Shown piece after piece: positions 29,147-37,477 of a DNA stretch of 64,000 nt (position 1 is the stretch's first letter; every line of letters begins with the position of its first letter). The notes beneath the pieces are model-generated. The model was not told the DNA's origin. It searched no databases and was given only the letters and a program-made list of their open reading frames with translations. This DNA is from a virus (Duplodnaviria > Caudoviricetes): the IMG/VR virus record IMGVR_UViG_2744054987_000003, positions 83,518 through 147,517 of that record, one strand, 5' to 3'. The position numbers and the translations under genes are program-made.

Positions 29147-29603
29147 TGCCGCCCCGCAACACGTTCATCAGCATCTGCTGAAGCTGTGGTCGCGCCTCGC
29201 TGATCGCTTTCGTCAAGGCATCTTCCATAAAGTGTTTAGGCGCAAGCCCAGGATGTCTCCAACGTTGATTACGCCAGACCTGCCCGACGTGAGGAATGTT
29301 GACATAGCCCGGTTCGCCGACGTGCCCGCCGGTGCGGATATGCGGGCCGTCGCCCTGCTTGCATCCGATTGGTACCTTGCGTCCGACGACCCACCACATC
29401 AGAAACGGTTTGGTGCCACGGTTTTGGTGCATCAGATACTTGGCGGTGGTCTTCAGTCCGACTTGACCTTCAGCGGGCATGGCGCTGATGGACTCGATGG
29501 ATTTCTCAGACCACCCGAGGGAGCGGATGCTTTCACGAGCGAGCTGCACGGCGCGCTGGTTGACCTGTTCGCAGATCACCAGAGGGGCAGCGACGACAGC
29601 CAC
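29136..29603 (-). CDS. Neck/tail completion protein (HK97 gp10-like)
   Basis: AKYL..NRGTKP...HPGLAPKHFMEDAL. Confidence 0.75.
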   Translation of the reverse strand: MAVVAAPLVICEQVNQRAVQLARESIRSLGWSEKSIESISAMPAEGQVGLKTTAKYLMHQNRGTKPFLMWWVVGRKVPIGCKQGDGPHIRTGGHVGEPGYVNIPHVGQVWRNQRWRHPGLAPKHFMEDALTKAISEARPQLQQMLMNVLRGGNAA

Positions 29604-29608
29604 GGTAG

Positions 29609-30397
29609 CTATCCGATGACGGTGACGCGGAACTCGCCAGTAGTCGGCGCGGTAGCGAAGGTCAGCGTCACGGTATTGAGGTCGGTGGCGGTGACGTCGG
29701 GGTAGACCTCATCATGCGAGGTCTTGTCCTTGACCGACACCACGACGTCATATGTCCCCAAGTTGTGAACGAACGCGATGGCGGTGGTGTTGCCGTCGCC
29801 GATGTCGGCGGACTTCACGCGGGCCACCGTGTTGTCGACCGATACGCCGGTGCTGTCGACGGTGATGCCGCCCTGCGGCTTGGCTTTGACGCTGAAGGTC
29901 GTACCGGTGAGGCTCAGGCCGTCGCCGTTGATGTAAGTATCGCCGCCGCCGCTTTTGACGAACGTCAGCGCGGTGGTGTCTAGGGTGATAGGCCCGTCGG
30001 TGCTCAGCGTGAATGAGGTGTCGTGGTTCTTGGTGCCTTCTTCGACCACAACCGTGGTGCCGGGCACCAGGTTCTCTGAGGAGTTGGCGTCAGCTCGGCG
30101 CACCAGCGCGGCACTGGCTCCGGCCCAAACGTAGATGCCGTTCTCGCTGCCGTCGGTCTGGTTCTTCAGCAGGATCGCGTCGCCAGCACTGAGTGTGACG
30201 TCATCGATGGTGCTGCCGGGGGCAGATAGGCTGATGTTCGTCGTGGAAGCGGCACGTACGGCCTCTTTCCAGACGTTGCCGTTGACCTTGGCGTCGACGT
30301 ACGCCTTGTTGGCAGCATCGCTGGCCACCGATGGACTGCCCAGGTTGATGCCCTTTTGGCCAGTGAAGTCAATGCCGTTGAAGAATTTGCGGGCCAC
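29609..30397 (-). CDS. Head decoration/collar fibre protein
   Basis: DAANKAYVD, VRAAST.NI, LKNQT..SENGIY, HNLGT motifs. Confidence 0.75.
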   Translation of the reverse strand: MARKFFNGIDFTGQKGINLGSPSVASDAANKAYVDAKVNGNVWKEAVRAASTTNISLSAPGSTIDDVTLSAGDAILLKNQTDGSENGIYVWAGASAALVRRADANSSENLVPGTTVVVEEGTKNHDTSFTLSTDGPITLDTTALTFVKSGGGDTYINGDGLSLTGTTFSVKAKPQGGITVDSTGVSVDNTVARVKSADIGDGNTTAIAFVHNLGTYDVVVSVKDKTSHDEVYPDVTATDLNTVTLTFATAPTTGEFRVTVIG

Positions 30398-30439
30398 CGC
30401 GTGCCTCCCAGGTAAAAGTTCCCTCTACCTGTTCTGGTG

Positions 30440-32485
30440 TCAGATCAGCTCGGCCATGCCTGCCTGCGGACTGGCGAAGACCAGCACCGCTGTATTGGGG
30501 TCGGGGTACTCGACGTCGGTGTCGGCTTCTTCGCCGTCGACGAACAGTGTCACCGAAGGGTTGTAGCTGAAGGGGTGCTTGATCGTCCAGGTGGCCGCCG
30601 GGGCGTTCTGCGTGTGCCAGAAGACTTGCCGCCATTTCACGCCCGGCGTCGGCGGGGTGATCGGTTCATCGTCTTTGCAAGGCGGAATGACCGGAACGTA
30701 GACCACTTTGGTGTCGGGCTGCACGGGCACCGGGATCGCGCGAGACGGCACCGGCTCAATGACAGCGCGGTCGAATGACTGGCCTACGACGGGCATCTTG
30801 GTGATCGACACCGAGTCAGAGACCTGGGTGACGACAGCTTTCTGCCCGACCACGTCCCAGGTGTCCTGCCCGAAGCGGCTGCCGGTGCGCAATGAGTCGC
30901 GGGTAACTTTCTGGATGCCGTAGAAGCCGTCGACGACCGCAGGGGTGCCGTTGGCGTTCCAGCGGCTCACACGCACGACGTAGTCGTGTTCGATGAGAAG
31001 CGGGAAGGCTTCGGTCTGCATCTCGCGCTGGTTGGGTTGCCAGACACCCTGCTTGGTGTAGTCCTCCTGGGCTAGCTTGTCGGTGAACATCGTCCAGATT
31101 TTCACCGCAGCTTTGATCGGCTGCGCAAAACCGGTGGAGTAGCAGATCGAGCAGTCCCCGCTTCCAGCGTTGTAGATGTCGTCGTAGCAGTTGTGTACTA
31201 GGGTGTTCTGGACAACGTAGGTGTGATCATCTTCGATGCCCAGATTGTAAACAATTCCATCGTACTCGACCGGACGAATGGATTTCATCCGTACAAGCTC
31301 GTGCTCCTCTTGGAAGCGCCACCGATTCTTGACCTGCTTTTTGCCATTTGATCGCCATCCGGTGTTATAGCAACGCTTTCGTTTATTGCCGATTGGGGTG
31401 AGGGCCTTGGATTGGGTTGAGTGAATCGTGGGCTGTTCGCCCAGACGCTGGACTACTTCGGCAATCTGGAGTGCCAGGATTTCTGAGGTCTGTCCAATAC
31501 GTTTGGTGTCTGGAGCGTCCCAAGTGGTGGAGGTGTAGGTTTCGTGCAGAGCCGTCTTGAAGCCATCCCCGCACCAAATCCCCTCGATTAGAGAGACCAA
31601 CTTCTTAGCTGGGAGCTGCATCAACGGCTCAGGAATGATCTTTTTGTCGCACACAGAGCCGACGTTATACTTCAGGTACTTTGCCAGCTTTGCCGAGTAG
31701 ATGTTGGCTACAAAGCCGTCACCCTTTTGGTGTTGCTCGGTCGAGATGAACCCAAGTTCTGATGCGACTCGCGCCACTCGGTCACGGTATGACTGTTCAT
31801 TCCTGTGTGATGCAAACGTGATCGTCCTTGGCCATCTACCACCACCCACGGAGCCTTCGGCTATGTAGTAACCGATCAACCACAGAAAATCATCGGTTAG
31901 GTTCCACCCCTCATGCTGTTTGATGTCGACGTCGCGCGTCGGGACCATGGTCACGATCCAGGAACGATCATCTAGTTGTTCTAGGGGCACCTCTGCGATC
32001 TCGTGGGACTTTCCGCGCAGTTGTCCGTGACGAGTAGCCACAGAATGGTGCGCCTCACAAACCGACGGACCACAGAACGGCACACCGTCTCGCATGTATG
32101 CCTTCTGGTTATGCTGATGGTCGGACGTCATCGCAAAAATCGGGTGATTTCCTGTACCCACGACAGGGCTGGTCATGGCGTGTGTTTGCCATTCGTACGC
32201 CGTTCCCTTGAAGCGACTCCGATGGAGTTGCCTTACAGGATGAAATGTGCCGTCCGAAGTCAGAACCAAGTCGCCGACCTCAATCTTCTCGATGGGTCGA
32301 TAACCTTCGCTGGTGCGAATCAGCGTCCCTGGCGCGAAGCAGCGTGGGCAGCGTTCGGCATCGGCGTCGGGGATCGGGTGACGCATCGACAGCAAGATGG
32401 CTTGTTCGCCAGCGGTAATCAGTGCGTCACGAAGATCGCGTCGCAGGTTATCTACCGCGAAGTCTTCTACGCTCTTGATAATCAT
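30440..32485 (-). CDS. Head-tail joining (neck) protein interrupted by an intein
   Basis: Start MIIKSVEDF by ATGA coupling; spliced Zn ribbon CPR/CYDD...CSIC. Confidence 0.75.
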   Translation of the reverse strand: MIIKSVEDFAVDNLRRDLRDALITAGEQAILLSMRHPIPDADAERCPRCFAPGTLIRTSEGYRPIEKIEVGDLVLTSDGTFHPVRQLHRSRFKGTAYEWQTHAMTSPVVGTGNHPIFAMTSDHQHNQKAYMRDGVPFCGPSVCEAHHSVATRHGQLRGKSHEIAEVPLEQLDDRSWIVTMVPTRDVDIKQHEGWNLTDDFLWLIGYYIAEGSVGGGRWPRTITFASHRNEQSYRDRVARVASELGFISTEQHQKGDGFVANIYSAKLAKYLKYNVGSVCDKKIIPEPLMQLPAKKLVSLIEGIWCGDGFKTALHETYTSTTWDAPDTKRIGQTSEILALQIAEVVQRLGEQPTIHSTQSKALTPIGNKRKRCYNTGWRSNGKKQVKNRWRFQEEHELVRMKSIRPVEYDGIVYNLGIEDDHTYVVQNTLVHNCYDDIYNAGSGDCSICYSTGFAQPIKAAVKIWTMFTDKLAQEDYTKQGVWQPNQREMQTEAFPLLIEHDYVVRVSRWNANGTPAVVDGFYGIQKVTRDSLRTGSRFGQDTWDVVGQKAVVTQVSDSVSITKMPVVGQSFDRAVIEPVPSRAIPVPVQPDTKVVYVPVIPPCKDDEPITPPTPGVKWRQVFWHTQNAPAATWTIKHPFSYNPSVTLFVDGEEADTDVEYPDPNTAVLVFASPQAGMAELI
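31190..32341 (-). mobile_element. Intein with LAGLIDADG homing endonuclease (384 aa)
   Basis: CFAPGTLI, TGNHP, LIGYYIAEG, EGIWCGDG, VYNLGI..HTYVV..LVHN|C. Confidence 0.95.
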
Positions 32486-32985
32486 GCGTGATGCTCCATC
32501 GGGGCATGGAGGACATCTCGCCACTGCGGCTGAGGGTTCTCGCCAAGGGGATCGGGGTCAGTGAGCATCTGAATCTGATGCAAGGTCACTGGCGTTCCGG
32601 GTCGCAAGTACCTCTCTCCTGCCCAGCCTTCCCAGCCTTCAGGGTTCCCGCCCCTTGAGAGATCGAGATCATCGGTATCGCCGCGCCACGTCGCGCGAAA
32701 TCGGACGGGGAAGTCTCTCCCCTGTCTGTTGGGCAGTGCACCGGCAGTGTCATCCAGGTTTGGAGTCCACCAGTTTCCCAAGCCACCGGCGCTCCACTTG
32801 TATTTTGCAACATGATCAAGTATTGCGTCGCGGACTGCGTCATCGTCATCAGTGTCTGTGTATCTGTCCGGTCCAGGCGGCATGGTGAAATCACGAAGAT
32901 TCATGCCCCGCCACAGCGATTCTTGAACAGCTGACACACGCCAAGGATACTGCTCAGCCTGTGTGAGCACCCGAATCATGCTCAT
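32482..32985 (-). CDS. Putative ADP-ribosyltransferase-fold protein with MIRVLTQAEQ leader
   Basis: LWRG...GLGNWWT...GERYLRPG spacing resembles R-S-E ARTs. Confidence 0.5.
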   Translation of the reverse strand: MSMIRVLTQAEQYPWRVSAVQESLWRGMNLRDFTMPPGPDRYTDTDDDDAVRDAILDHVAKYKWSAGGLGNWWTPNLDDTAGALPNRQGRDFPVRFRATWRGDTDDLDLSRGGNPEGWEGWAGERYLRPGTPVTLHQIQMLTDPDPLGENPQPQWRDVLHAPMEHHA

Positions 32986-32988
32986 GGG

Positions 32989-33981
32989 TTACCACCGTCC
33001 CGTGCCCGCAGGGAAGCTGACCGCCGGGGCAGCGGGGTAGAAGCGGAAGGCCCGAGTCATAGCGGCATAGCCACCGGCCATGAACAGGCCGTTCGCGCCG
33101 CCGCCGAAGATGCCGCCGGACACCAGCAGCGAGCCGCGTCCGAGCTGAAGCAGACTTCGCTTGGCCATCTTGATCATCGACTCGAACTGCGGCCACTCAC
33201 TAGACAAGATCGCCTGCCAGCGTTGTGAATACGCGGTGCGGTCCAGGTAGGTGACCTGCATGTTGGCGCGCACCGGGACCTCGACATAGGAGCGGATCAA
33301 ATGCCGCATCACTTCGTAGTAGGTGCCCATGGTGATCAAGCCGTTGAAGTTCTTAGGCGCGGTGGCGGTGCCTGGCCCGATGCCCCAGTCGACTACCGGG
33401 AAACCGGTGAGGTTGATGCGCGTGATCGCCATCTGCGCGATCTGTGCGATGCGCTCGTAGTCGTAGTGGGTCTGGAACGGTTCGATCAGGTAGGGGCCAC
33501 CTTCGGTGGAGTCGAACAGGTCGCCGTACATGTAGGTGACTTGTTCGACCATGAGCCGCTGATCGTCAGACAGGCTGTCGTACAGCGGCATCTGGTCCTG
33601 GATCTGCAGGTTGTCCTGAAACGTGAAGTCGGTGCCGTTGACTCGGTAGGACCATTCGATGGCCAGGGTGCCACGGTTCTTGGTGTATTGCGGGCCGATG
33701 TCGTAGTAGTACTTGCCGACGTCTTCGCGGGTGATCTCGTCCGGGCCGATGGTGGCCACCAGCACACCGCGAGGATCGTCGCTGACGGGCTGTTGAGCGA
33801 GTACGTCGTTGAACCACACCTTCAGGCCCAGACTGTTCTCGTCGGGGTCGACTGAGCCGCTGGTGGATTTGATGTCGAGCGCGACGTAGCCGGTGCCGTT
33901 GAGGCCGACGAACTTCCGCGTGATCGACTGGTCTCGGATCTTGGGCGAGACGATGCTGATGCCTGATGGTTCGTTGCTCAT
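32989..33981 (-). CDS. Head-to-tail adaptor
   Basis: N-terminal Ig-like region (REDVGKYYY) plus helical C-terminus; neck region. Confidence 0.65.
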   Translation of the reverse strand: MSNEPSGISIVSPKIRDQSITRKFVGLNGTGYVALDIKSTSGSVDPDENSLGLKVWFNDVLAQQPVSDDPRGVLVATIGPDEITREDVGKYYYDIGPQYTKNRGTLAIEWSYRVNGTDFTFQDNLQIQDQMPLYDSLSDDQRLMVEQVTYMYGDLFDSTEGGPYLIEPFQTHYDYERIAQIAQMAITRINLTGFPVVDWGIGPGTATAPKNFNGLITMGTYYEVMRHLIRSYVEVPVRANMQVTYLDRTAYSQRWQAILSSEWPQFESMIKMAKRSLLQLGRGSLLVSGGIFGGGANGLFMAGGYAAMTRAFRFYPAAPAVSFPAGTGRW

Positions 33982-33982
33982 C

Positions 33983-35581
33983 TCAGGGTCCAAGGTAGGT
34001 GATGCTCAGTCGCGACGTGGTGTTGGAGTCGCCGTCGAACCAGCTGAATATCTGGCTGCCCAAATCAGCTGGCGCGGTGTAGCTTACCCGCACTTGCAGG
34101 ATGTCGTTGATGGCGAAACGCATCGGCCCACTGACCGCCAGCGTCTGACTGAAGCCGGGCGCGTAGCTGTTGCCGCGCATGAAGGTGGCGTTTTGATACA
34201 TCGACGCTGTGCCGTTGACGACCAGCGCTACGTTAGCGATGTCGGGAGTAACCTGCGGGTTCCATTGCATCGCAGCGTCGATGTAGAACCGGCCCGGTTC
34301 TTTGAACACCACACCGCTGTTCGACGATGCGGCGTTGAAGAAGCCGAAGTTGTCGACGATCTCCTTGTTGAAGTTCAGGTAGGTGCCAGTAGAGGTAAGT
34401 TTCTGCTTGACCGTCTGCGACAGCTGCACTTCGGGCACCTTGCCGATCGGCAGCAATGTCCAACGGTTGACCGAGGTGTAGTACTGCTCGTCGGCGATGC
34501 GAACGTAGTTAATGTCAGCCGGGGTGGTTTGCCCGAGTAGGTTGATGGGTGCGGTCATGCCTACACCCCAGCCGCGATAATTCGCGCCCTTCATGCTGAC
34601 GAGCCGGTTATCGACGATCGAGCCGACCAGCAGACCGGTCTGGTAAATCGACAGGGTGCGCTCGATCAGACTGGCGCGCCATTGCGTGTTGGCCAGCGCG
34701 GTGTTGACGTTGCTCAGACTGCCCAGCAGAGTCTCGCCGCCCCGCCCGGAAGTGGTGTACCAGGCGTTGATGATCCCATCGCCCACCGACAGTTTGACGT
34801 AGGACTGCCGGTCAGAGGACACCCGGAAGTAGAAATCATTGAAGGCGGTGGTGTACAGCGGCGGCGTTCGTTCGATGACCAGGCTGCCGGTCTCCCAGGT
34901 GATGATCTGGTCGTCGCTGTCGGTTTCCTTGTCGTCGGCGTCGGTACGCCAAGCAACTGCGGCGTTGCTGTTGGCCCCGCCACCGTCGACCCACGTCAAT
35001 GTTCCTGCCGGGGTAGCCATCACGCCGTGGCTGGTGTCGCCGGAATCGTAAACCGTGGTTGCCCAGCCGCTGCCGCCGATGCTGTCGTTGTCGGCGGTGT
35101 TGAAGTCGACAATCGAATCCACGCCACTGACCGCGACGTTGTTGTCGTAGAGCGCCCACTGCCGAAAGCATTGTGTGTCGGTCTCGTAGATCATCATCCC
35201 GGTGGTGGGCATACCGGGTCGTGAGGTGGACGTGCAGATGCCGTAAGGGATTCCAGGCAGGTTGTTGTAGTTGTGGGTGTGGTTGCCCGCAGCAGCCTGA
35301 AACTCGCCGGTGCCCAGCGTGTGATGGATTGCTGTCAGCGAGCTGTCGGTGTCGGCGTCCTCGTGAGTATTGGCCTGAGATAGTTTGACGCCGCCGTCGC
35401 CGCCATCGTGGTCGTGCGTCTTCTTAGACGCATAAGTTTGCAGTGCGGTGACTGCATCACCGATGTCCCGATGACTTTCAACGTGATTCAACTGGCCACT
35501 CCCCGCAGAGGACAGGGGAGTCTCTGCGGGGAGCGACGGTACGGTGAACGAGTCGATGCCATCCGGGTATGAAGTTGGCAC
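33983..35581 (-). CDS. Virion fibre/minor structural protein
   Basis: MPTSYP..IDSF, HHTLG, CTSTSRP..P..GMMIYETD, C1q-like C-terminus. Confidence 0.75.
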   Translation of the reverse strand: MPTSYPDGIDSFTVPSLPAETPLSSAGSGQLNHVESHRDIGDAVTALQTYASKKTHDHDGGDGGVKLSQANTHEDADTDSSLTAIHHTLGTGEFQAAAGNHTHNYNNLPGIPYGICTSTSRPGMPTTGMMIYETDTQCFRQWALYDNNVAVSGVDSIVDFNTADNDSIGGSGWATTVYDSGDTSHGVMATPAGTLTWVDGGGANSNAAVAWRTDADDKETDSDDQIITWETGSLVIERTPPLYTTAFNDFYFRVSSDRQSYVKLSVGDGIINAWYTTSGRGGETLLGSLSNVNTALANTQWRASLIERTLSIYQTGLLVGSIVDNRLVSMKGANYRGWGVGMTAPINLLGQTTPADINYVRIADEQYYTSVNRWTLLPIGKVPEVQLSQTVKQKLTSTGTYLNFNKEIVDNFGFFNAASSNSGVVFKEPGRFYIDAAMQWNPQVTPDIANVALVVNGTASMYQNATFMRGNSYAPGFSQTLAVSGPMRFAINDILQVRVSYTAPADLGSQIFSWFDGDSNTTSRLSITYLGP

Positions 35582-35608
35582 GCCGGTACCTCCTGCTGTG
35601 AGGGGGAA

Positions 35609-35890
35609 CTAGGAGCCGTCGACCGAGTAACCCGAAAGAATCGAAGCGCTGTCGTAGAAGTTGCGCATCCAGTCGCGGCTCTGGTAGGCGCGCTCCAGCA
35701 CCCCGTCCGGCGGGTCGATGACGCCCACTGACTCCGCTAGTGCCAGGTCGGCAGCGACGGCATCGACACCGCTTTGCGGCGGGAAAGCCAGCGCGTCGAA
35801 GACCGTGACATCCTGCTCGGTCGGAATGCCGGGGTTGGTGGTGCGCTTGACGTACTGATACTTGATGGCATCAGGCACGGCGTAGGTCAT
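35609..35890 (-). CDS. Small protein, DxxVFxAxAxPPxS family member 3
   Basis: GGGAG RBS; DVTVFDALAFPPQS. Confidence 0.75.
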   Translation of the reverse strand: MTYAVPDAIKYQYVKRTTNPGIPTEQDVTVFDALAFPPQSGVDAVAADLALAESVGVIDPPDGVLERAYQSRDWMRNFYDSASILSGYSVDGS

Positions 35891-35901
35891 GTCTGTTCTC
35901 C

Positions 35902-36081
35902 CTATTCGTTGTTGGGCACAGCGGGCCAGTCGTCACTGCGACTGTCCGGTGGGCTTGCCATGCACTCGAAGACGTCCAGGTCCGGGTGATTCAGCTCGGT
36001 ACGAGGCTCCCGCACCCAGGCCGCCTTCTTGTACTGCTCCAGCTCGGCCTCGGTGTAGGCGAGCTGGGTGTAGGGCAACAT
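35902..36081 (-). CDS. 59-aa protein, family member 2 (absent from ORF track)
   Basis: MLPYTQLAYTEAELEQYKKAAW...DLDVFECMASPPDS; TGATG coupling. Confidence 0.7.
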   Translation of the reverse strand: MLPYTQLAYTEAELEQYKKAAWVREPRTELNHPDLDVFECMASPPDSRSDDWPAVPNNE

Positions 36082-36272
36082 CAGATGCCCACCTCGTGGG
36101 CGGCGTCGATGTCGACCTGCTCGGCGGCCAGACCGGAAGCCGGAGGATGCGCCATCGCATCGAACACGCTGGTATCCGACATGATCGGCGGCGCAGCAAC
36201 ATCAGGCGTCCGCTTGAGGCCCAGGTTGCTGTACAGACTGGTGTCGGTACCGAGAACGAAAGTGCCTGCCAT
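36081..36272 (-). CDS. Small protein, family member 1
   Basis: GAGGA RBS; DTSVFDAMAHPPAS. Confidence 0.75.
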   Translation of the reverse strand: MAGTFVLGTDTSLYSNLGLKRTPDVAAPPIMSDTSVFDAMAHPPASGLAAEQVDIDAAHEVGI

Positions 36273-36280
36273 CGATCCTC

Positions 36281-36904
36281 CTAGATCGTCGTTTCCCGCA
36301 CCGGTGCGGAAAGCTGAACGCGGTCAAACGTCCAGGTCTGGTTGCCGTCCTTGTCGAGCGTGGCGCGTGAGGTGAACTGGGACGCCAGCGAGAGGTGGTT
36401 GGGGCACAGCGGCGGCACGCCCTCGTTGACGTCCTGCATGGTCTGGATGACCCGGCCGCGTTCGATGACGCCGGTCTCGCGGTCGACGCTGCCGCACTGC
36501 AAGCACGGGCGCTCGGCGAGGCCCTTGGAGCTGGCGCTGCGGGTGTCGACCTCCAGCGTCTCGCCCTCGCCGCGTTCCATGATGTTGTTTAGACGCTGTT
36601 CGGGGGTCTGCGCTGCCTGGTTGAACAGCAGTGCGATCTGATCCGACATGGCCTCGTCGGTGCTGACGGTGACCTCGCCGTTGAGCCACATCTTCTGGAT
36701 GCCACGGACATCGAGTGCGCCCTTGGGCAGGATCATCACCGAGTCGGGGTGTCCCTGCGCTTCCAGCTCGAAGTCCACGCGGGTGTCGCCGATGTTGTCG
36801 CGGCAGGTGATCTTGAACGGCGTGTTGTTGGCGATGTACAGCGGGCCGTCGTACTTCTTCAGCTCGTGGATGGTCCGAATGCTCGGAGCGGTAGCTGCGG
36901 TCAT
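36281..36904 (-). CDS. Hypothetical late protein with CxxC/CxxH
   Basis: GAGGAG RBS before MTAATAPS. Confidence 0.75.
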   Translation of the reverse strand: MTAATAPSIRTIHELKKYDGPLYIANNTPFKITCRDNIGDTRVDFELEAQGHPDSVMILPKGALDVRGIQKMWLNGEVTVSTDEAMSDQIALLFNQAAQTPEQRLNNIMERGEGETLEVDTRSASSKGLAERPCLQCGSVDRETGVIERGRVIQTMQDVNEGVPPLCPNHLSLASQFTSRATLDKDGNQTWTFDRVQLSAPVRETTI

Positions 36905-36965
36905 GGTGTGTCTCCTCGTCCGGTGGGTGTCCCCTTCACCTATTGAGGGACGAGAGACGCAGACA

Positions 36966-37010
36966 ACAAGAAACCCCCGCCCTGGGAAGCCAGCGGCTTC
37001 GAGGCGGGGG
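36966..37010 (-). terminator. Intrinsic terminator
   Basis: CCCCCGCC...GGCGGGGG stem (inner GAAGCC/GGCTTC) followed by TTTCTTGTT. Confidence 0.85.
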
Positions 37011-37034
37011 CACTTCTTGGGTGTGATGGGCCGG

Positions 37035-37179
37035 GCCAAGGAGCGGCAGCCCGGTCCAGAGTCTCGCCGAGCGTTGTACACCGCTCACTCCGGGCAATAG
37101 ACCGGGGTTCCACGGGCTATACCGGCCATCCGTTTAGCACCCTGCACAGGGCGGCCACGTTCCCGCAAACACCCTTGGC
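37035..37179 (-). ncRNA. Candidate structured ncRNA
   Basis: Closing stem GCCAAGGG/TCCTTGGC and multiple internal helices, folded by eye. Confidence 0.5.
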
Positions 37180-37194
37180 GTTCTTGGGCAAGTG

Positions 37195-37401
37195 TTAGTC
37201 TACAGCACGTTCAACGATCGGAACATGGCGGGCCGCACGTTCGTCGACGTCGATGACGACGGGGCAGGCGATGGAGAGCTGCCCCTTGGAGGCGAGGTCG
37301 TCGACGAATTGCTGCATCCCGTGCCCGCATTCGGACTGCACGACGATCTTGCACTCCTGGCCGGTAAGCCGGTCTAGCATCGTGACCAGATAGCTCTGCA
37401 T
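37195..37401 (-). CDS. 68-aa hypothetical protein with own promoter
   Basis: AGGAGG RBS. Confidence 0.75.
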   Translation of the reverse strand: MQSYLVTMLDRLTGQECKIVVQSECGHGMQQFVDDLASKGQLSIACPVVIDVDERAARHVPIVERAVD

Positions 37402-37421
37402 GACTCACCTCCTACCCCTAC

Positions 37422-37458
37422 AGTTGACATCATAGATCAACTAAGATAGTAGGTGCAA
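37422..37458 (-). promoter_or_regulatory. SigA-like promoter with overlapping inverted repeat
   Basis: TTGCAC-18nt-TATGAT; AGTTGA-N9-TCAACT flanks the -10. Confidence 0.65.
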
Positions 37459-37477
37459 TACCTCTGTATAGAGTGTG

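Noticed and set aside
37035-37179. Structured RNA as a SAM riboswitch, tmRNA, SRP RNA or Y RNA
   Set aside because: Only fragmentary resemblance (GGTGCTAA, CCCCGG..CCGG); no GCAAC core, T loop, tag ORF or SRP motif; an Rfam search is still needed
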